DNA of 64,000 nt from Callorhinchus milii (Eukaryota): contig NW_024704742.1 of the NCBI RefSeq assembly GCF_018977255.1, positions 12,836,001-12,900,000 of the forward strand, given 5' to 3'. A program made the translations under genes and the position numbers. Position 1 is the stretch's first letter; the number at the start of each line of letters is the position of its first letter. Below are positions 36,685 through 52,228 of this stretch, piece after piece. The notes under the pieces are model-generated. The model was not told where the DNA came from and searched no databases. It saw nothing but the letters and a program-made list of their open reading frames with translations.

Positions 36685-37767
36685 TAAGAAATTACCAGCA
36701 TAACAGGATTGTGGCATAATTTTCACGATATTAAGAATGTAAAAGTAAAGGATTCAAGAAGAAGTAACTTCCTGTTGGATCTTTCTGGATGGAAGTCTGA
36801 TAGATATGCCAGTTGTGCAAAGTTTTGGAAAGTTCGTAAATAGATTTTAGTAATATAGTTTGCCATCTCACATTATATAACTGAGTTTCCATTCACAAGG
36901 TACCATGATTGCGAGAATATAAATGTGTACAAACTGAGTCAAATCCTTTTACAACACCCGAATTCTGCTTAATTTTTTTCTTTGCTTTTTTTTCTCCTTA
37001 CACTCTGAGCTGGAACAGGAATTACAACAAAGCTGCTCTTCTTGGTGCCACCAATGTGTTGTGCCACTTCTCGTGACCTTTTTAGGTCACTTCTAACTTC
37101 TAACCAAGATCTTTATGGAGAATGTGGCTCGTTAATATACTGTGCACCTTTATTACCTTTACTCAAAGTCCTAAATGCTTAATGAAAAGGAAATCCAAAC
37201 AGTTAGCTGCCATTGTTATCCCAGAGGAAAACTCCATCAAGAGACTTAATATACTCCATAATATTCTGTCTCTGCTATTGAAACCCACCGTCCACATACA
37301 ACATTCTCTTCTCTCCAGCAGCGCATAAATCCAGTCAATTGTTCCTAGACAATAGCACCAGGCACCAGTCATTTAGATTGTGCCTTGTTTAGTGCTTGCG
37401 AGTCAATTATCGTCTTGGAGCAAATACCTGCAAAACAATCTAATGTTGAAGCTAAGTCCTGATAAGCTTTTCTTTAGGAATTATTGTTTTCACTTTAAAA
37501 GAATACAGTATGACCAAACTTCCAGTTTTTAGCTTCTGTAAACCTTCATTTGTAGCTTTAAATTTGCATGTGGTCTCATGACCAGCCTCGATCAATAAGT
37601 AGTGAGGTGGAAATTCATAGGAATTCCCACGCAAAATTGTTTTTACACACCTCATCAAATCATGGGTCAAGGGCATGAGATGGTTTTATCAATTTCCAGC
37701 CGCCATATTCACGCCATTCCAATGATAATGCCTTGAGCATTATCTTCTCCTTGATATCTAATCACGG

Positions 37768-37900
37768 TCTCTCTCTCTCACTCACACTCACTCTTTCACA
37801 CTCACTCACTCACTCTCTAACTCTCTCACTCACTCACTCACTCACTCACCCTCTCTCTCACACATTCTCTAACTCACACACTTACACACTCTCACACTCA
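37768..37900. repeat. (TC)n/(TCAC)n microsatellite
   Basis: Directly visible. Confidence 0.85.
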
Positions 37901-37944
37901 AGGTCTCACATTCTCACAGATTCTCTTGTCTCTTATATCAATAA

Positions 37945-38197
37945 GACCTGGGTTCAATTCCAGGCAGGGCGAAACCTTGGGCAAGTTTCCTTACTCCACG
38001 CGCCTGATAATAATCCCTCCCCCGAAAAATATAATAAGTTGGTCATTTTCAATCCACAACTGTTTGTGGGACACTGCTGTGCGCAATTGACCACAAATAT
38101 ACCGTCACTACACTTAATGGCATATTCTGTGAAGCTCTTTGAGACGTCTAGAAGACGTGAAAGGCGCTATATCAAATGCAAGGATTATTATTATTAA
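37945..38197 (+). mobile_element. 5'-truncated copy of the tRNA-derived SINE
   Basis: gacctgggttcaattccaggcagggcgaaaccttgggcaagtttcc...aaatgcaaggattattattatt. Confidence 0.8.
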
Positions 38198-39099
38198 TAC
38201 TGTAACAATTTTAATCATAGAATCATACAGCTCAGAAGGAGGCCATCATGCCTGTGCCAGCTCTTTGAAAGAGCTATCCAATTAGTCCCACTTCCCCACT
38301 CTTACCCCATAGCCTTGACATTTTTTTTATGTGGAATTCTTCTGTGAACGTTTTACTTTTTTGCTTTTATTATTTTTGTAAAATGTATTTTGACACTATA
38401 ATGCAAGCACAACTGTGTGCTGCAGTGCGTGAACTGTAATTTCATGCAAACAAATGTATTAAGCTATCAGAAGGTAGCAACAACTTGCAACCTTTTTTTT
38501 ACTAATTTGGATCATAGATAATGGGTAAATGAGAGACTATTGTTCAGTAACTCAAAATGCAGCATTTCTGTGAAAGTGCTCCCTTGTGGACTAACCCTTT
38601 CCAAGCTCTGCACAATCTGTCGATTCCAAGATGATAACACGATGGCACTCGCCAAAGAAAAAAAACATTCATTACTCAGAATTTGTATACATGTATATTT
38701 TTATAGATAAACAATTGTGTGTTAGTGACCCTGTACGTGAAGGGGATGGGCGTCAGAGGAAAAATAAAATTAAATTATCTCAGAGATGTAGGATAAGCCA
38801 TTTTAGAAATTCTGAGGTCTGATTTAGCCAAATCGGGTTTAATATTTCATATTGTATGGAAAACTCAGTTGAGTAAAACTATTTAAAATTAATTGTAATA
38901 TGAAATTTAGTAATTACTATAATTTTAAAATGAAATAATATATAGATTTTAAATTCCATTCAATATTGAATATTGCAGTGTGCTTAGGGTTATTGACCAG
39001 CGTTCTGAAGACATACGACCTTGCTTTCAGTCAATAATCTATTTGCAGTAGAATTATCCATTGTGTTTATTTACCCTGTGAACAGATTCTTGTGCAGCC

Positions 39100-39888
39100 G
39101 CTGACATTATCACTATTCATGGCTGCACTCTTCACCTCACTGAGCCAATCCGAAACCTCGGTGTCCTTTTCGACTCAGCTATCCTTCAAACCCCACATTC
39201 ATGCTGTGACCCTTTCTGCCTTTCCACACCTAGGCAATATTGCTCGCCTCTTCGACTGCCTCTCACCGCAGGCCGCCGAGACCCTGATCTGTGCTTTAAT
39301 TACATCTTGGTCTGATGATGTCAATTACCTGCTTTCTGGATTTCCCAACGCTTCTCTCCACAAGCTGCAGATTATGCAGAACTTTGCAGCTCGTGTCCTC
39401 TCCCACACCAGGCTCTGGGAACCTCATTCTTGCCCGGCTTCACTGGCTCCCCATTTCTCAGAGAATCAAGTACATAACCCTCGTTCTTACCTTCAAGGCT
39501 GTACACTGTCTTGTTCCCCCTTACTTCTCCGACCTCATAATCCCGTATCAGTCTGTCCGCTCCCTCGGTTTGGCGGACACCAGCTTGCTTCAGGTCCCCT
39601 GCACTTCCCACCCCACTATTGGCGGTCGGGCATTCAGCATCTCTGCCCCCACATTGGAACTCTATCCTGCAATCCCTTTGCCTCACCCCTTCTCTTGCCT
39701 CCTTCAAGTCCCGAACAAAGATCTTTCTCTACAACCGTGCCTTCGGGCACCTTCCCACTCCCACCCCCTTGCACTCCATCCGTCCTGAGCCCAAATCCCA
39801 GATCGGGTCCAAAAAACCCTGACTGTCCATTGCCCTGGGTCATCTTTCCGACATGAAGGGCGCACAAGTGTAATTTGTTGTTGTTGTA
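39100..39888 (+). mobile_element. L2 LINE 3' fragment (older)
   Basis: QAAETLICALITS...LHKLQIMQNFAARVL...LHWLPISQRI; (GTT)n tail. Confidence 0.85.
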
Positions 39889-39917
39889 AATAGTATGGTA
39901 GTTTTTTGAGATGTTAA

Positions 39918-40118
<201 letters not shown>

Positions 40119-41809
40119 TGATTGGTGTAAATCCTCTGTGAGTAATCCATATAAATTAGCGTGATGTATAATTTCTCAATCCACAGATATCTCTTTAAAG
40201 TTAATTATTGATGTGAAGGGGATTCTATCTCTGTGAAGATAAAAGTGCGTAATTTGTTAATAAATTAATCATTTACATCTCGAGAATGTGAGTGGCTGAT
40301 TTTGAGTTTGTATTTACAATTCTTGCTGATTATGAGTATTTCTGTATATAACGTGGGATTTGATTGTGTGTTATCAGAGTGAGCAATACTAAGCTAATAT
40401 GGCCAAATATAGTGGTTCATTTGATATCTAGTATATTAAATACGCATGCTTGTGAGAGTCTCAGATCTTCCACTCAGTCCTAATTTTCACAGACTAAAGT
40501 GGGGGTGAAATTTGTGAATAGGGCTTGCAGCTGTGGATCTCTGGATGGCAGGCCTCAACATCTGGTTAGCAGGAGTCCAACACTTTTGTAAACAAAAAAG
40601 AAATCTGACTGAGCAGGAGTTAAAGGGCATCTTGATCCAGTACGGTGGGCTTATCTTCACCAACTTCGCCATTGAGAACAGCATCTTGGGGAGGAGGGGC
40701 TCAACTCACACACCCAGGTTCAATTGATGTGATAAATATTGAAAGCACCGCCAAACTGACCCTATTGTAACTTTTAATTGAGAGATATGAATGAAAAGTA
40801 CTATTTAATCAGGCTTATTCCAACAGGTAACTGGAATGTAACACTCAACCCATGAGATCTGATAACAAGAGTAGATAAATGGAATAGATTCTGCTTTGTG
40901 GCTATCCGTGGAGTATTCCATTTCTACTGCAAATTGTAATGCAATATATGTGTCTTTCAATCATGATTTGGCATGTTTCAATCCTGTTCATTGTCATGGA
41001 CAGTAGGTTCCCCTCTTTAGAGATGTTTGACCCTCAAGTATTAATTTCCTTCATGGATTCAGCAGTTAGGTACCAAACACACAATAGTTTTATGGCTGAT
41101 GATGGAGGTTGTGAAGGTTTTTGCATTTTGACTGAATGGCCATTCAAAACAAGTTCCATCTAGGAGTGTTCATTGTGGCAACAATAAACAGGAACTGAAC
41201 TACATTGCCCAATCAGTTGAGTCCCCAAGGAGTCATGATAAGCACTAGTTAGTTAGCCCACACCAGGAGTCCTGCAAACCATTATGATTGTCATGCCAAA
41301 TGGTGGCAGATGGCATTGGAAGCAGTGAATAGAAAAACAACAAAGCCAGGGTATCTGGAATGCGCAGAAACCGTGCTTAGGAATTTCCAAACTGAACAAC
41401 TGGGCTCCACATATGTTTGGTTTCTGTTTGCCTAGTATAGAGTATGAATTCTCTTTCTCCCCCTTCTCCCTCTGGCCTACCTAATCCCATAGATTTTAGG
41501 TGCAATCTGGAATTTAAGAGTGTGTGCTTTGTACTTCTTTTGGAGTTGAACTAGTTAAAACTGGGCAAACATTCTGCTGCTTGTCCAGCCAGGACCACCC
41601 TATCCAAATGGACTTTGGGTTGCAGGGTTAGCAGAAGCTGAGTGGGAAGAATTGCAACCTCCTCGTGATTGATCTGTTCCTTCAAATTCTGCTAACCTGG
41701 CTGACCATCAACAGTCTTCTGGAGTACTGCAATACACAATACAAATTCATATTTATGTAGCACCTTTCATGTCAGGAGGATGTCCCAAGGCGCTGTCTGA
41801 CCAGACAAC

Positions 41810-42374
41810 CTATATAAAACTGGTTAGGCCTCAGTTAGAATACTGCACCCAGTTCTGGGCACCACACTATAGGAAGGATGCTAAGGCATTGGAAAGGGTG
41901 CAGAGGAGATTTATGAGGATGGTATCAGGAATGAGATGAGGAAAGGCTAGTGAGGCTAGGATTATTCTCATTGCAGCAGAGAAGGTTACGAGGAGACCTA
42001 ATAAAGAGGTCTTCAAAATCATGAGGGGATTTGATACGTTAGAAAGGGAAAAACTGTTTCCACTGTGTGTCGGTGACTCGAGGTCACAGATTTAAAATAG
42101 TATCTAAAAGAAGCAGAGGGGAGGTGAGAAGAAATTTCTTCAACCAGCAAGTTGTTTGAATCTGGGATGCATTGCCTGAAAGGGTGGTCGAGGCCGATTT
42201 GATAACAACTTTTAAAAATGCGGTGGACAGGTATTTGAGGAGGACTGGTCTGTGGGTTATGGGGAAAGGGCTGGGGAGTGGGATTGACGTTACATTGCTC
42301 TTTTCAAAGAGCCGGCACAGACTCGATGGACCGAATGGCCTCTTTTTGTGCTGTACGATTCTATGATTCTATGA
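41810..42374 (+). mobile_element. CR1 LINE 3' fragment
   Basis: [24 protein letters not shown] sequence; tail ctatgattctatga. Confidence 0.85.
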
Positions 42375-42734
42375 ACCTTCCTGGCTCAGGAACTGGACTA
42401 CCAAATAAGGTTCACTAAATTTCTGCTATTCCGTTACCAGTAGTGTCATCTTTGATCCAACTCATCCCAAAGAGAACCTGTTTACTTCCTCCAACCCTCA
42501 CTCCCCCCACCCAGCAGATAGTCACTAGTTCATCATTACACATCTGACAAGCAGTTTTGAGCTCTTAAGGATGGATGCAAGCCATATGGTGAGCAGCATA
42601 ACATATGTGATAACAATACAGCATAACAATACTCCTGCTCACAGCGCAGACACAGATCCTTCTACTCTTTGAGTCATATCCGCTACTTGAAGGTGCATAG
42701 CCTCAGCAGCAGCTGAATTCTTGAGTCCTTAATT

Positions 42735-43565
42735 AAAGATGTCATTATGGGATTCCTGGAAGACCATAACAAGATTAGGCAGAGTCAATATGGCTTTACA
42801 AAAGGGAAGTCATGCTTAACTAATCTTTTAGAGTTTTTTGAAGATGTATCTAGCAGGTGAGATAGGGGGGAACCAGTAGATGTAGTATATTTAGATTTTA
42901 AAAAGGCATTTGACAAAGTGCCACACAAAAGGCTATTGCACAAGGTTAAGGCCCACGGGATTAATGGGAACATATGAGCATGGATTGAAGAGTGGCTAAC
43001 GGGTAGAAAACAGAGAGTAGGGATAAACAGGTCATTCCCAAATTGGCAGGATGTGACTAGTGGAGTGCCACAAGGATCAGTGCTTGGGCCTCAGCTATTT
43101 ACAATTTACATCAATGATCTAGACGAGGACATTGAATGTAACGTATCTAAATTTGCAGATGACACTAAACTAGGTGGGAGAGCAAGCTCTGAGGATGATG
43201 CAAAAAGATTGCAATGGGATATAAATAGGCTCGGGGAGTGGGCAAGTAGGCGGCAGATGGAATTTAATGTGGGGAAGTGTGAAGTTATTCACCTAGGTAG
43301 AAAAAACAGAAAAGCAGATTATTTTCTAGAGGGGGAGAGATTAGATAGTGTTAGTGTGCAGAGGGATTTGGGTGTCCTTGTACACCAGTCTCAAAAATTT
43401 AGTTTGCAGGTGCAACAAGCAACTAAGAAGGCGAACGGCATGTTAGCGTTCATTGCAAAAAGTTTAGAGTACAAGAATAGGGAAGTCTTGCTGCAACTGT
43501 ATAGGGCCTTGGTGAGACCGCACCTAGAGTATTGTGTGCAGTTTTGGTCTCCTTATTTAAAAAAG
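42735..43565 (+). mobile_element. CR1 LINE RT fragment
   Basis: TSGVPQGSVLGPQLFTIYINDLD...FADDTKLGG...LVRPHLEYCVQFWSPYL. Confidence 0.9.
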
Positions 43566-44056
43566 TTGCTAAATGGAGTGGAGAACACAATTACAGAATA
43601 GTCTTTTGAAATATGCCAATTGAATTTGACAAGAAGGCACAGGCTTAAAGTTATCAAAGGCAATTTAGGAATTATTTCTTTACACTGACATTAATTAACA
43701 GAATGAGTTACCAGGAAGGCTAGTTGATTTGCACTTGATGGAGTAATGGGAAGATGGTAGGGTGGGTTTTCTGGAAGAAGGAGATTAAATTATGTTCATT
43801 GCTGCATTTATCATCAGCTGTATTTCAGTGGGTGGCAAGAAAGGGAAGCTAAAATTAGTTCAGTTGTTACGAAATAAGAAAAATTTATGTACAAAAAGTA
43901 ATCTTGCTTGTATTTGAATATGTACAAAAATAACCTGAAAAAGACTTGCAGTTTCTGAGTTTCAAAATTTTTGCTGTGTCAAATTAAAATTGTTCAAAGA
44001 TTCCCACATTTCCCACAAGCATTTAAAACATGTTTTGTCCCCCAAATTATTCTTAG

Positions 44057-44149
<93 letters not shown>

Positions 44150-44354
44150 TGAATGTTTAGTTCAATCTGTACAGAGCGCTGCACTTTGTATTCATTAAAG
44201 CTGAATCCTGCTAAGTTAAGAGACGGCGTAGAGGAGCTATGTATAGATAGACCTTATGGAATTGCTTGAGTGATTACTTTCTTTTCCAGGAACAGGATTT
44301 GATTTTAGCAAAGATGAATCTACACTGAATGCATCAGCCTAGCTTTGTCATTAG

Positions 44355-44722
44355 CATGCTCCTCCAAGTCAGAAGGTTGTAGGTTGAAGCTGCACATCAA
44401 TGCAGTGCTGGGGGTGTGCTGCATTGTTGGAGGCATCGTCCTTCAGATGAGTCATTAACCCGAGGTCTCGTCTGCCTATCTATGTGGACTTTAAGATCCC
44501 ATGACACTATTTGAACAGAGAAGGGAGTTTCTCCCGGTGTCCTGGCCAACAATCCCTCAAATAAAATTGGTCACTCACTCCATGGCTGTTTGTGGGACAT
44601 TACTGGGTGCAAATCAGCTGCCGGGCTCACCCACAAAATGCACACTTTACAGTATTTCCAGTGAGGCACTTTTAGGCGTATCAATGACACGATAAGGTGC
44701 TATATCAAATACAAGAATGATT
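44355..44722 (+). mobile_element. Older SINE with Deu-domain-like core
   Basis: gtcagaaggttgtaggttgaagc head; ggaggcatcgtccttcagatgag...aagatcccatgacactatttgaa core. Related copies at 49285-49700 (-), 54200-54595 (+) and probably 58730-59110 (-). Confidence 0.65.
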
Positions 44723-44864
44723 ATCAGGACATAAGATGGCTCAGCTGTTTGCAGTTGTGATGATTGTTTCTGACAGTATTGATGGAAGGGTCAAGGACTT
44801 TGATTTTCAAACTTCTCTTTTAAAAAGAAAAGGTGAGGCAATGTCTGGATGTAAAATGGGTTTC

Positions 44865-45145
44865 AACAACAACAACAACAAACGTACATTTATAGAGCAC
44901 CTTTCACGTCGGGAGGACGTCCCAAGGAGCTGGACAGTCAGGGATCAGGACCCGAGCATGGGGGAGGGGTGGGGTAGGGGTGAGGGAAGGCAGAGAGGTG
45001 GGAGGCGACTGAAAGCATGATCGAAGATGGGTCCTTGAAGGAGGCAAGGGAGGAAGTGAGGTGAAGGGACTGTGGGATGGAGTTCCAGAGTGTGGGAGCA
45101 CAGAGGCTGAAAGCCTTGGGACCGATGGTAGGGCTTGACATCCGC
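44865..45145 (-). mobile_element. L2 LINE 3' end
   Basis: PTIGPKAFSLCAPTLWNSIPQSL; (AAC)n tail. Confidence 0.8.
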
Positions 45146-46344
45146 AAACTACACAGAACAGTGCCATTAAAATTTCAAGGATAATTTACAGCTAAAGGTT
45201 TTATTAGGATAAAGCTCTATATTAAATGCAAGGATTATTATTGCATTATGATTTCACTCCACATCAAGTAATTGCCTGACCTGGTGGCTCTAACTAGAAA
45301 GGGTTTGATGTCCAAGCACTACTACTTCCCAACATTAACATCCATCCCTGAAATAAATAATTGTTCCAATGGTAAATGCTGGTCATCGTAATGGAAACTT
45401 TTATTGCAAGGAACCTCTTCTAGCTCACTATTGTAGAATGAGCGGAATTAACAAACTCTTCTGTAAGCACCTCAAGTTTATCATTGTGTGAATAAATCTT
45501 TACGTTCTCAGATTAGTTCTCAGACTTGACCACAAAGCCTTGGGACGTCTTCCCAATGTGAAAGGTGCTCTATAAATATAATTTTGTTGTTGTTGATTCT
45601 TTGATGCCAGTGACACAGCTGACATTGTAATATTCAAGAAATTCAGCAGATAAGGCAAATTAGAGCAAAGGTTTCTCAATTCTGCTCATTCCAATAGGCC
45701 AGGAATAGTTTGTATTGTTGTGAACGTATTTTTATAATAGTTTTATAATAATAAAACGCATTTGGTAGAGCACTTTTTACATCAGGACAACGTCCCAAAG
45801 CCTTTTGTGGGATGTACTGTAAATTTGGGTGACTGTATGTTTTGTGGGAGAATGCGGCAGCCAATTTACAGACAGCATTGTCCCACAGTCATGGAGTGAA
45901 TGACCAATTTTATTTGGGAGATTGTTGGTCAGGCGCTGGGAGTCCCTAGAGAGTGTCTAGAGAGTGTTTATCTTCTTCACTTAGTTTTCTATCCTCGTGA
46001 GTTCCCCTGACTACGTGCCTCTGGCGCAGAAGTTGAATAGATGGTTTGCTTCCTCTTTCAAAACCACTGCTTATGATTTTAGGCAGCCACCAGGAAGGGT
46101 GAAGTCTCTCCTTTGCTCCAGGCTCTCCTCTGCTCTGGCCCTCATTTCAGGGAGTGTGGCAGAGATCAGCAACTTGGCAAAATGGGGAAGCCTGTTGGTT
46201 GTGTTGCGAGCAGCATCACTGAGTACCTCTGGACATTTCGCATTTTATTATCTGAGCATGCAAGGTATCTTGAGTAAAATGTCCGCAGAGACGAAACTTC
46301 CTCAGTAACACTGTGAAAAAGAAACCTCTACATTACAATCTTAG

Positions 46345-46850
46345 AGAACCATAGAAACCAAACAGATTTCAGCACAGAAGAAGGCCATTCAGCCCATTGA
46401 GTCAGTGGTAGCTCTTTTAAGAGCAAATCTTTCACTCCCATTTATCTACCCTTTCCTCATATCTCTGTAGTTTACTTCTTAGATACTTGTCTAGTTCCCT
46501 TTTGAAAGCTGATATGGATTTTGCCTCAACAACCGCTTCCCAGCAGGGCATTCAATATCCTAACTACTTTGTGCTTGTTTGCTATCTATCTTAAATTGGT
46601 GTCCTCTGGTCACTGCCTCACTGACCAGTGGAAATAATTTCTTCCCATTGACTATCAAACCCTTTGTATTTAACCCTTAACCTTTGTTCCAACAGAAAAA
46701 GCTCCATTTCCTCCAGTCTCTGTTCATAGCGCAAACCACTCCTTCTCGGTGTCATCCTAGTAAATATCCTCTGCACCCCATGTGTCACCTTGATGTCTTT
46801 TCTAAAATGGGGAGACCAAAACTGGATTCAATATTCTAAGTGTGGTTCAA
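46345..46850 (-). mobile_element. Decayed CR1 3' fragment
   Basis: agaaccatagaaacc tail, gaaggccattcagccc, and ggggagaccaaaactgg...aatattctaagtgtgg (reverse of PHLEY..QFWSP). Confidence 0.65.
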
Positions 46851-47129
46851 TTTTAATATTCTAACTATTATTGAGGTCTTTCTTTGGAATAGGATGGGAG
46901 CCATTATAGTTGTTTGATCAGAAGAGAATTTCCAACTTTGAGGCTTGCCAGTATTCCATATTTGTGGTCTAGATCAGCAGCATAAGTTTATTTCTTTGTA
47001 ATAACACAATGACTTAAAAATACTGATGGTATAAGCTCTTATTTAACGTGTTGTAATTTACTAATAGGATATCAGTTGTACACAAAAGTACATTATTTAC
47101 CACACTGTTTCCCTTAATAACACCATCAC

Positions 47130-47157
47130 ATGGCTGCAGGAAACCTAAAGATCAAAA
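47130..47157 (+). CDS. ABHD18: ABHD18 coding exon 6, 28-nt micro-exon: (Y)GCRKPKDQ(K)
   Basis: Encodes the conserved YGCRKPKDQ; donor AA|GTAAGT; needed to keep the frame between 44141 and 50882. Confidence 0.93.
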
Positions 47158-49284
47158 GTAAGTATTTTATAACCAAGCTTGTTCCATATTTAATTCCTTT
47201 CTCAATATCAGTAAAAAATGTGTTTTGTTTAATGTAGTTCACAATTTTATGTAACAAATTACGTAATTTGAAATGTTTCGATTGGAACTCCAAATCAAAA
47301 CCTTAATTAAAATAAATCCACACTGTGTATATAAAGGGGGCATTTGTCATAACCTCTACTGCTAAATCTAAATCCATCTGAGGAATTCAACATTGGCTTT
47401 AAAGTAACACTGCCCTCTCTCAGTGGACTAAATCAACTGTCACTGAAAATTGTCTAAATATACCTGGATCGAAATGTTCCAATCTTAATTAAAAGTTTCT
47501 TCAATTATGTATTTTGAAATCTGCAATCGCAATAGAGGTTTAGTATTAGTACCAAGCTTATAGGTATAGAAAAATAATTCTGTGCGAGTATCCTGAAAGG
47601 AACAGCGGGTGAATGTTTGGGACTCTGACACTATGCAAACTCGACTTACATAGAAATTTCCATGATCTTTGCCAGCGGAAAAAGTATCTAATTGACAATC
47701 TGACAATTTACTATAAATTTGCATATTATATTTTTTAGTTTAAAACTGTTTTTATTGAATGCCAAAGTGTGCTTTTTCAGATATTATGGGATAGGCTCAG
47801 TAACTACATTTCGATCTCATTGCAGTCTGGCTCTGTTTATACACAATAGTATCATAGTTACTCAGACACTAACCGTGTGAGGGGCACTATATAAATTCAA
47901 GTTGTTGTTAGTATAATTTTACAATGATTTGCACTACTGGTGCAAAAAACATGTTAAATAAGGCTATTCTGAGCTTGGTTTGGTTTCTCAAGCTTGGGGT
48001 AAACAACAACAGCTTGCATTTATATATTATCTTTCATGGAGCATAATGTCTTGAAGCCTTTACAGTTTAAGCTGAGACACCACACTGAATAAAGAGCACT
48101 GTATAAATGTAAGTTGTTGTTGATGATGGGTTTGGACTGGATTTTTGTTTTTTTAGGAATTTCACTAATTTTATCAACCTCAAAAACGTTAAGAGCTGGG
48201 TCTACCTTATGGGGTTTGATTGGACCCGAAACTTCCAATTTAACACTGGTCTGTTATTATTGTGTGTTGGTGTCTGCAAATGGTGGCACTGAATTTAATA
48301 GTAGTACTTTCAGCAACCACATTTTTGGAGCCAAGGCCAACCTTGCATTACATTGGAGGGTGTGTGTGTGCGGGGATACATTAAATAGTAGGCGAGAAAT
48401 GGCCTTAGGTTTGTAATCTTCAGAGATAAAATATTCAACATGCCCAAATCAATAGTTAGCACGCATCTCAAATGCTATACTGTATTTGGGAATGATTTAA
48501 ATTGTTTACCAATAACACAAATAATGACTGGTTATGTTAATACTGTTAATACATCTCTCACTCTGCTTCTTACAGCAGAATAGTGAACCTTGGCTGTTTT
48601 TCTCTCGTACATATCAGAGCCACTAACAATAAATTCAAGTTTTGCCCATAAAATATACAGTCACTATACTTTACTGTATATTCTGTAAAACACTTAGAGA
48701 TGTCTCAAAGGCGTGATAAGGCGCTATATCAAATACAAGGATTATTATTTGTAGTACGTTACCTAAAAACAGCTAAGCCCAGAAACGTCTTTGTCTGTAT
48801 GGCTCAGTTTTACACTTGGCACTTAATCACTATTAAATCAATTGAGTTATTAGGCAAGTTGCCCTAATGAGAACCTATCGAATTAAACTGTTAGAACTTT
48901 TAGATGGGATTCCTTGGACCATTAAGAGAGTAAACATTGGATTATAATAGTACAAATGATCAGATTACAGAATTGTTTTGTTTGTATTCTGTTTAATTGA
49001 TATCCTTTAGCAATTATTCTAAAAACGAATTAACTGTTTTTAAATCCCACACAATGGAAAGGCATTCCTTTCTGAACCACGTCATATGCAAACTTAACTT
49101 TAGTTGAAAGCAATATGTTATTTTGTTTTACTGATGGATTAGCAGGTTTTAAATTCCCATAGTGTGTCACAGATTATTAATTATCGGAAAGGTGTATGCA
49201 TAAGTGATTTATGTGTGAACTTGTGTACCTTTTAGAAATGGTCAAGGCTGTGTGGAATTTTTATTTGTGGAAGATGTACAGATT

Positions 49285-49700
49285 CAATAAGTTATGATAA
49301 TAATAATCCCTGCATTTGATATGGTCCCTTTGTTGAACGTCTCAAAGCTCTTCACATGATATATACTAAATATGTATTTTGTGGGTGAACATGGCAGCCA
49401 ATTTATGCACAGCAGTGTCCCACAAACAGCCATGGAATAAGTGACCAATTTTATTTGGGAGATTGTTGGCAAGGCCACTGGGATAAACTCCTTTCTTTTT
49501 TGAATAGTGCCATGGGATCTTTGACACTCATCTGGGCAGGCAGATGAGACCTGTTTAGCGTCTCATTCGAAGGACAGCCTCTCCAACATTGGAGCACACC
49601 CCAAAGCATTCTATTGGAGTGTGAAATGAGACTATATAAATTCCATGTCCTGATGTGCAGCTTGAACCCACAACCTTCTGACTCAGAACCAAGAGTCTTG
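49285..49700 (-). mobile_element. Deu-domain-like SINE copy
   Basis: Reverse complement homolog of 44355-44722. Confidence 0.65.
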
Positions 49701-50807
49701 TCCTATAAGCAAGGATATTAGAGAGCCTGAGCGAGGTTGACACACAAATTATTGTACAAGTACTCTTCAATTGTGATATCCTACGTTTTACCATTGTAAG
49801 ACAGACACAATGTTGCATTGCTGTGTCATCCCCTCCCTGCTCAGTATTCAAGCCTGACCCTTTGAAGCACTCTGAGGTGTTAGCCTACATGAACGGCGTT
49901 ATATAAATCCATGTGTTACATAGTTTTGGAAGTTTTTAAATGCCCAAATTGAAATTACTTTTCCCACATTGTAAACAAAATGGGCTAATTCATTCTGTGT
50001 GGAATTTAGGATGAAGAGACACAGTAAGACATTAACACTTTCATTTCAGAGTGTGTGTAACTAGCATATTACTATGTTTTGCTTAGGCTACAGAGAGTGC
50101 TCCCGAGATGCTATCTTATGTGAAGGGACCTGCATAAGTGCAAGTTGGCTGTGTTGTAATTAATTGACCCTTTTGCATAAATAAGGAACCAAAATCTAAC
50201 GATAAAGACAAAGTGCAAGCTGTTGTTTTCAGTGGATTTAGGTGATTACATTAGCCAAAACATGGAGTCTTCAAACTGCAACTGCCCGCAAGTATTCACA
50301 TCTTCATTTGGTTATTGAACAAATTTCTCTGCAATTATAGCTCAGTGAATCCTAGAACCAGAAGGTTTCACTTCACCTCTTTCAAGGGCAATTCAATTGA
50401 ACACCGCCTCTAAAAATATCTTCTTGGGAAGGGGAGGTGGTTTGGGTCCTTGGTATTGCAATAGATCTAAACGCAAGGATTTGGCACAGCTATTGTCAAT
50501 GATTAATCCATCTGTCTGGCTCATTAATGAGATGTGAAGGTGTCAGTGTTTCTTCATCTCTGCCATTTAAAGCCCTAATGGTTAGGGAGTTCTAGCAGGC
50601 AGCTACTAGGACTGTAAAACCTACCAGTGCATCATCCTGATCAATGGTGTGATTAATATTTTTAATTGGTCACAGATTGATTGGATTAGCATCCATCCTA
50701 CAGATTACTTTTATTAGAAGAAAAAATATATTTTTAAATATTCTAATAATTGGACTAAACACTTTCTCCTGTATTTTACAGTTAATGCATTTTAAAAATA
50801 GATGTGA

Positions 50808-51125
<318 letters not shown>

Positions 51126-51864
51126 TAAATTTTAATTGTAGAAGACCATTTTCCTTCATCTATGGTTCAGATTTATTTTACTCCCTTAATGTTTTTTGGA
51201 TATTTTGTCCTCTTTAGGAGCCCTGTCCTTGTGAAATACAAATGCAACTCAGCTTGTAGGAAATATGCAGACATTCTCTCTAAAATCAAGACTCGCCATC
51301 ACTCTTATTAATAATCATCCTTGCATTTGATATAGCACCTTAATACATTGTTGAGACGTCTCAAAGCACTTCACAGAATATACAGTAGAGGGACTGACTA
51401 TATATTTTGTGGGTGAAACCTTCAAAAACCTTTTACCTTCAATAGCTAGGCAGAAACTAACTAGAAGCTGTTCAAACAATCTCTCACTTTTTAGTCCCTT
51501 TTCTTTTCAGAATTTCCTAATATAGCTGAGGGAGCAGATGGAAACAGTTCAATTTATTTTGTTCTGGTTGATCTTCGTCACAGCCTCGGGGGAAATCAAT
51601 AGCGAGAACATTGCATCTTTAAATGGAACCTTGGCAAGTCATACTTTGTAGTGGAAAGAATAGTCTGTTTATGAAATCAAGCTCCCAACAAAACGTTTAT
51701 TGGTTTAGAACAGTCTTACGTATTGCCCCACCCCTGAATTTCTTTCTTCCTTTTCTGAAGGTACTGCTCATGCTCGGGTATGTTTTGTGGGCATAATACA
51801 TCTGCTGGTCTTGTTTCTGTGTCTGCCTAGACCATGAGTATTGACAGCTATTTAATGTGAAGTA

Positions 51865-52228
51865 CTGAAGCGTAGTGGTTGGAGCACCCGCCTCGCAAGC
51901 AAAAGGACCTGGGTTCGATTCCTGGGCAGGGCGAAATGTTGGGCCAGTTTTCTTACTCCACAGGCCTCTGTTTACCTCGCATTAAGTAGAAACCGGTTGT
52001 TAGTCGATTGGCGGATCGCGTTTCTGGGGGTAATAAGCCCTTCAAAAAATAAAACAAAAATGTAAGTAATAATTTGGTCACTTAATCCACGACTGTTTGT
52101 GGGACACTGCTGTGCGCAATTGGCTGCCGCGTTTCGCCCACAGAGCATTCACATTACAGTATATACTGTGAAGGACTTTGAGACGTCTAGACGTAATAAA
52201 GCGCTATATCAAATGCAAGGATTGTATT
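51865..52228 (+). mobile_element. tRNA-derived SINE, related subfamily with a longer body
   Basis: agcgtagtggttggagca (A box), gggttcgattcc (B box); same 3' tail as the 20494 SINE. Confidence 0.8.
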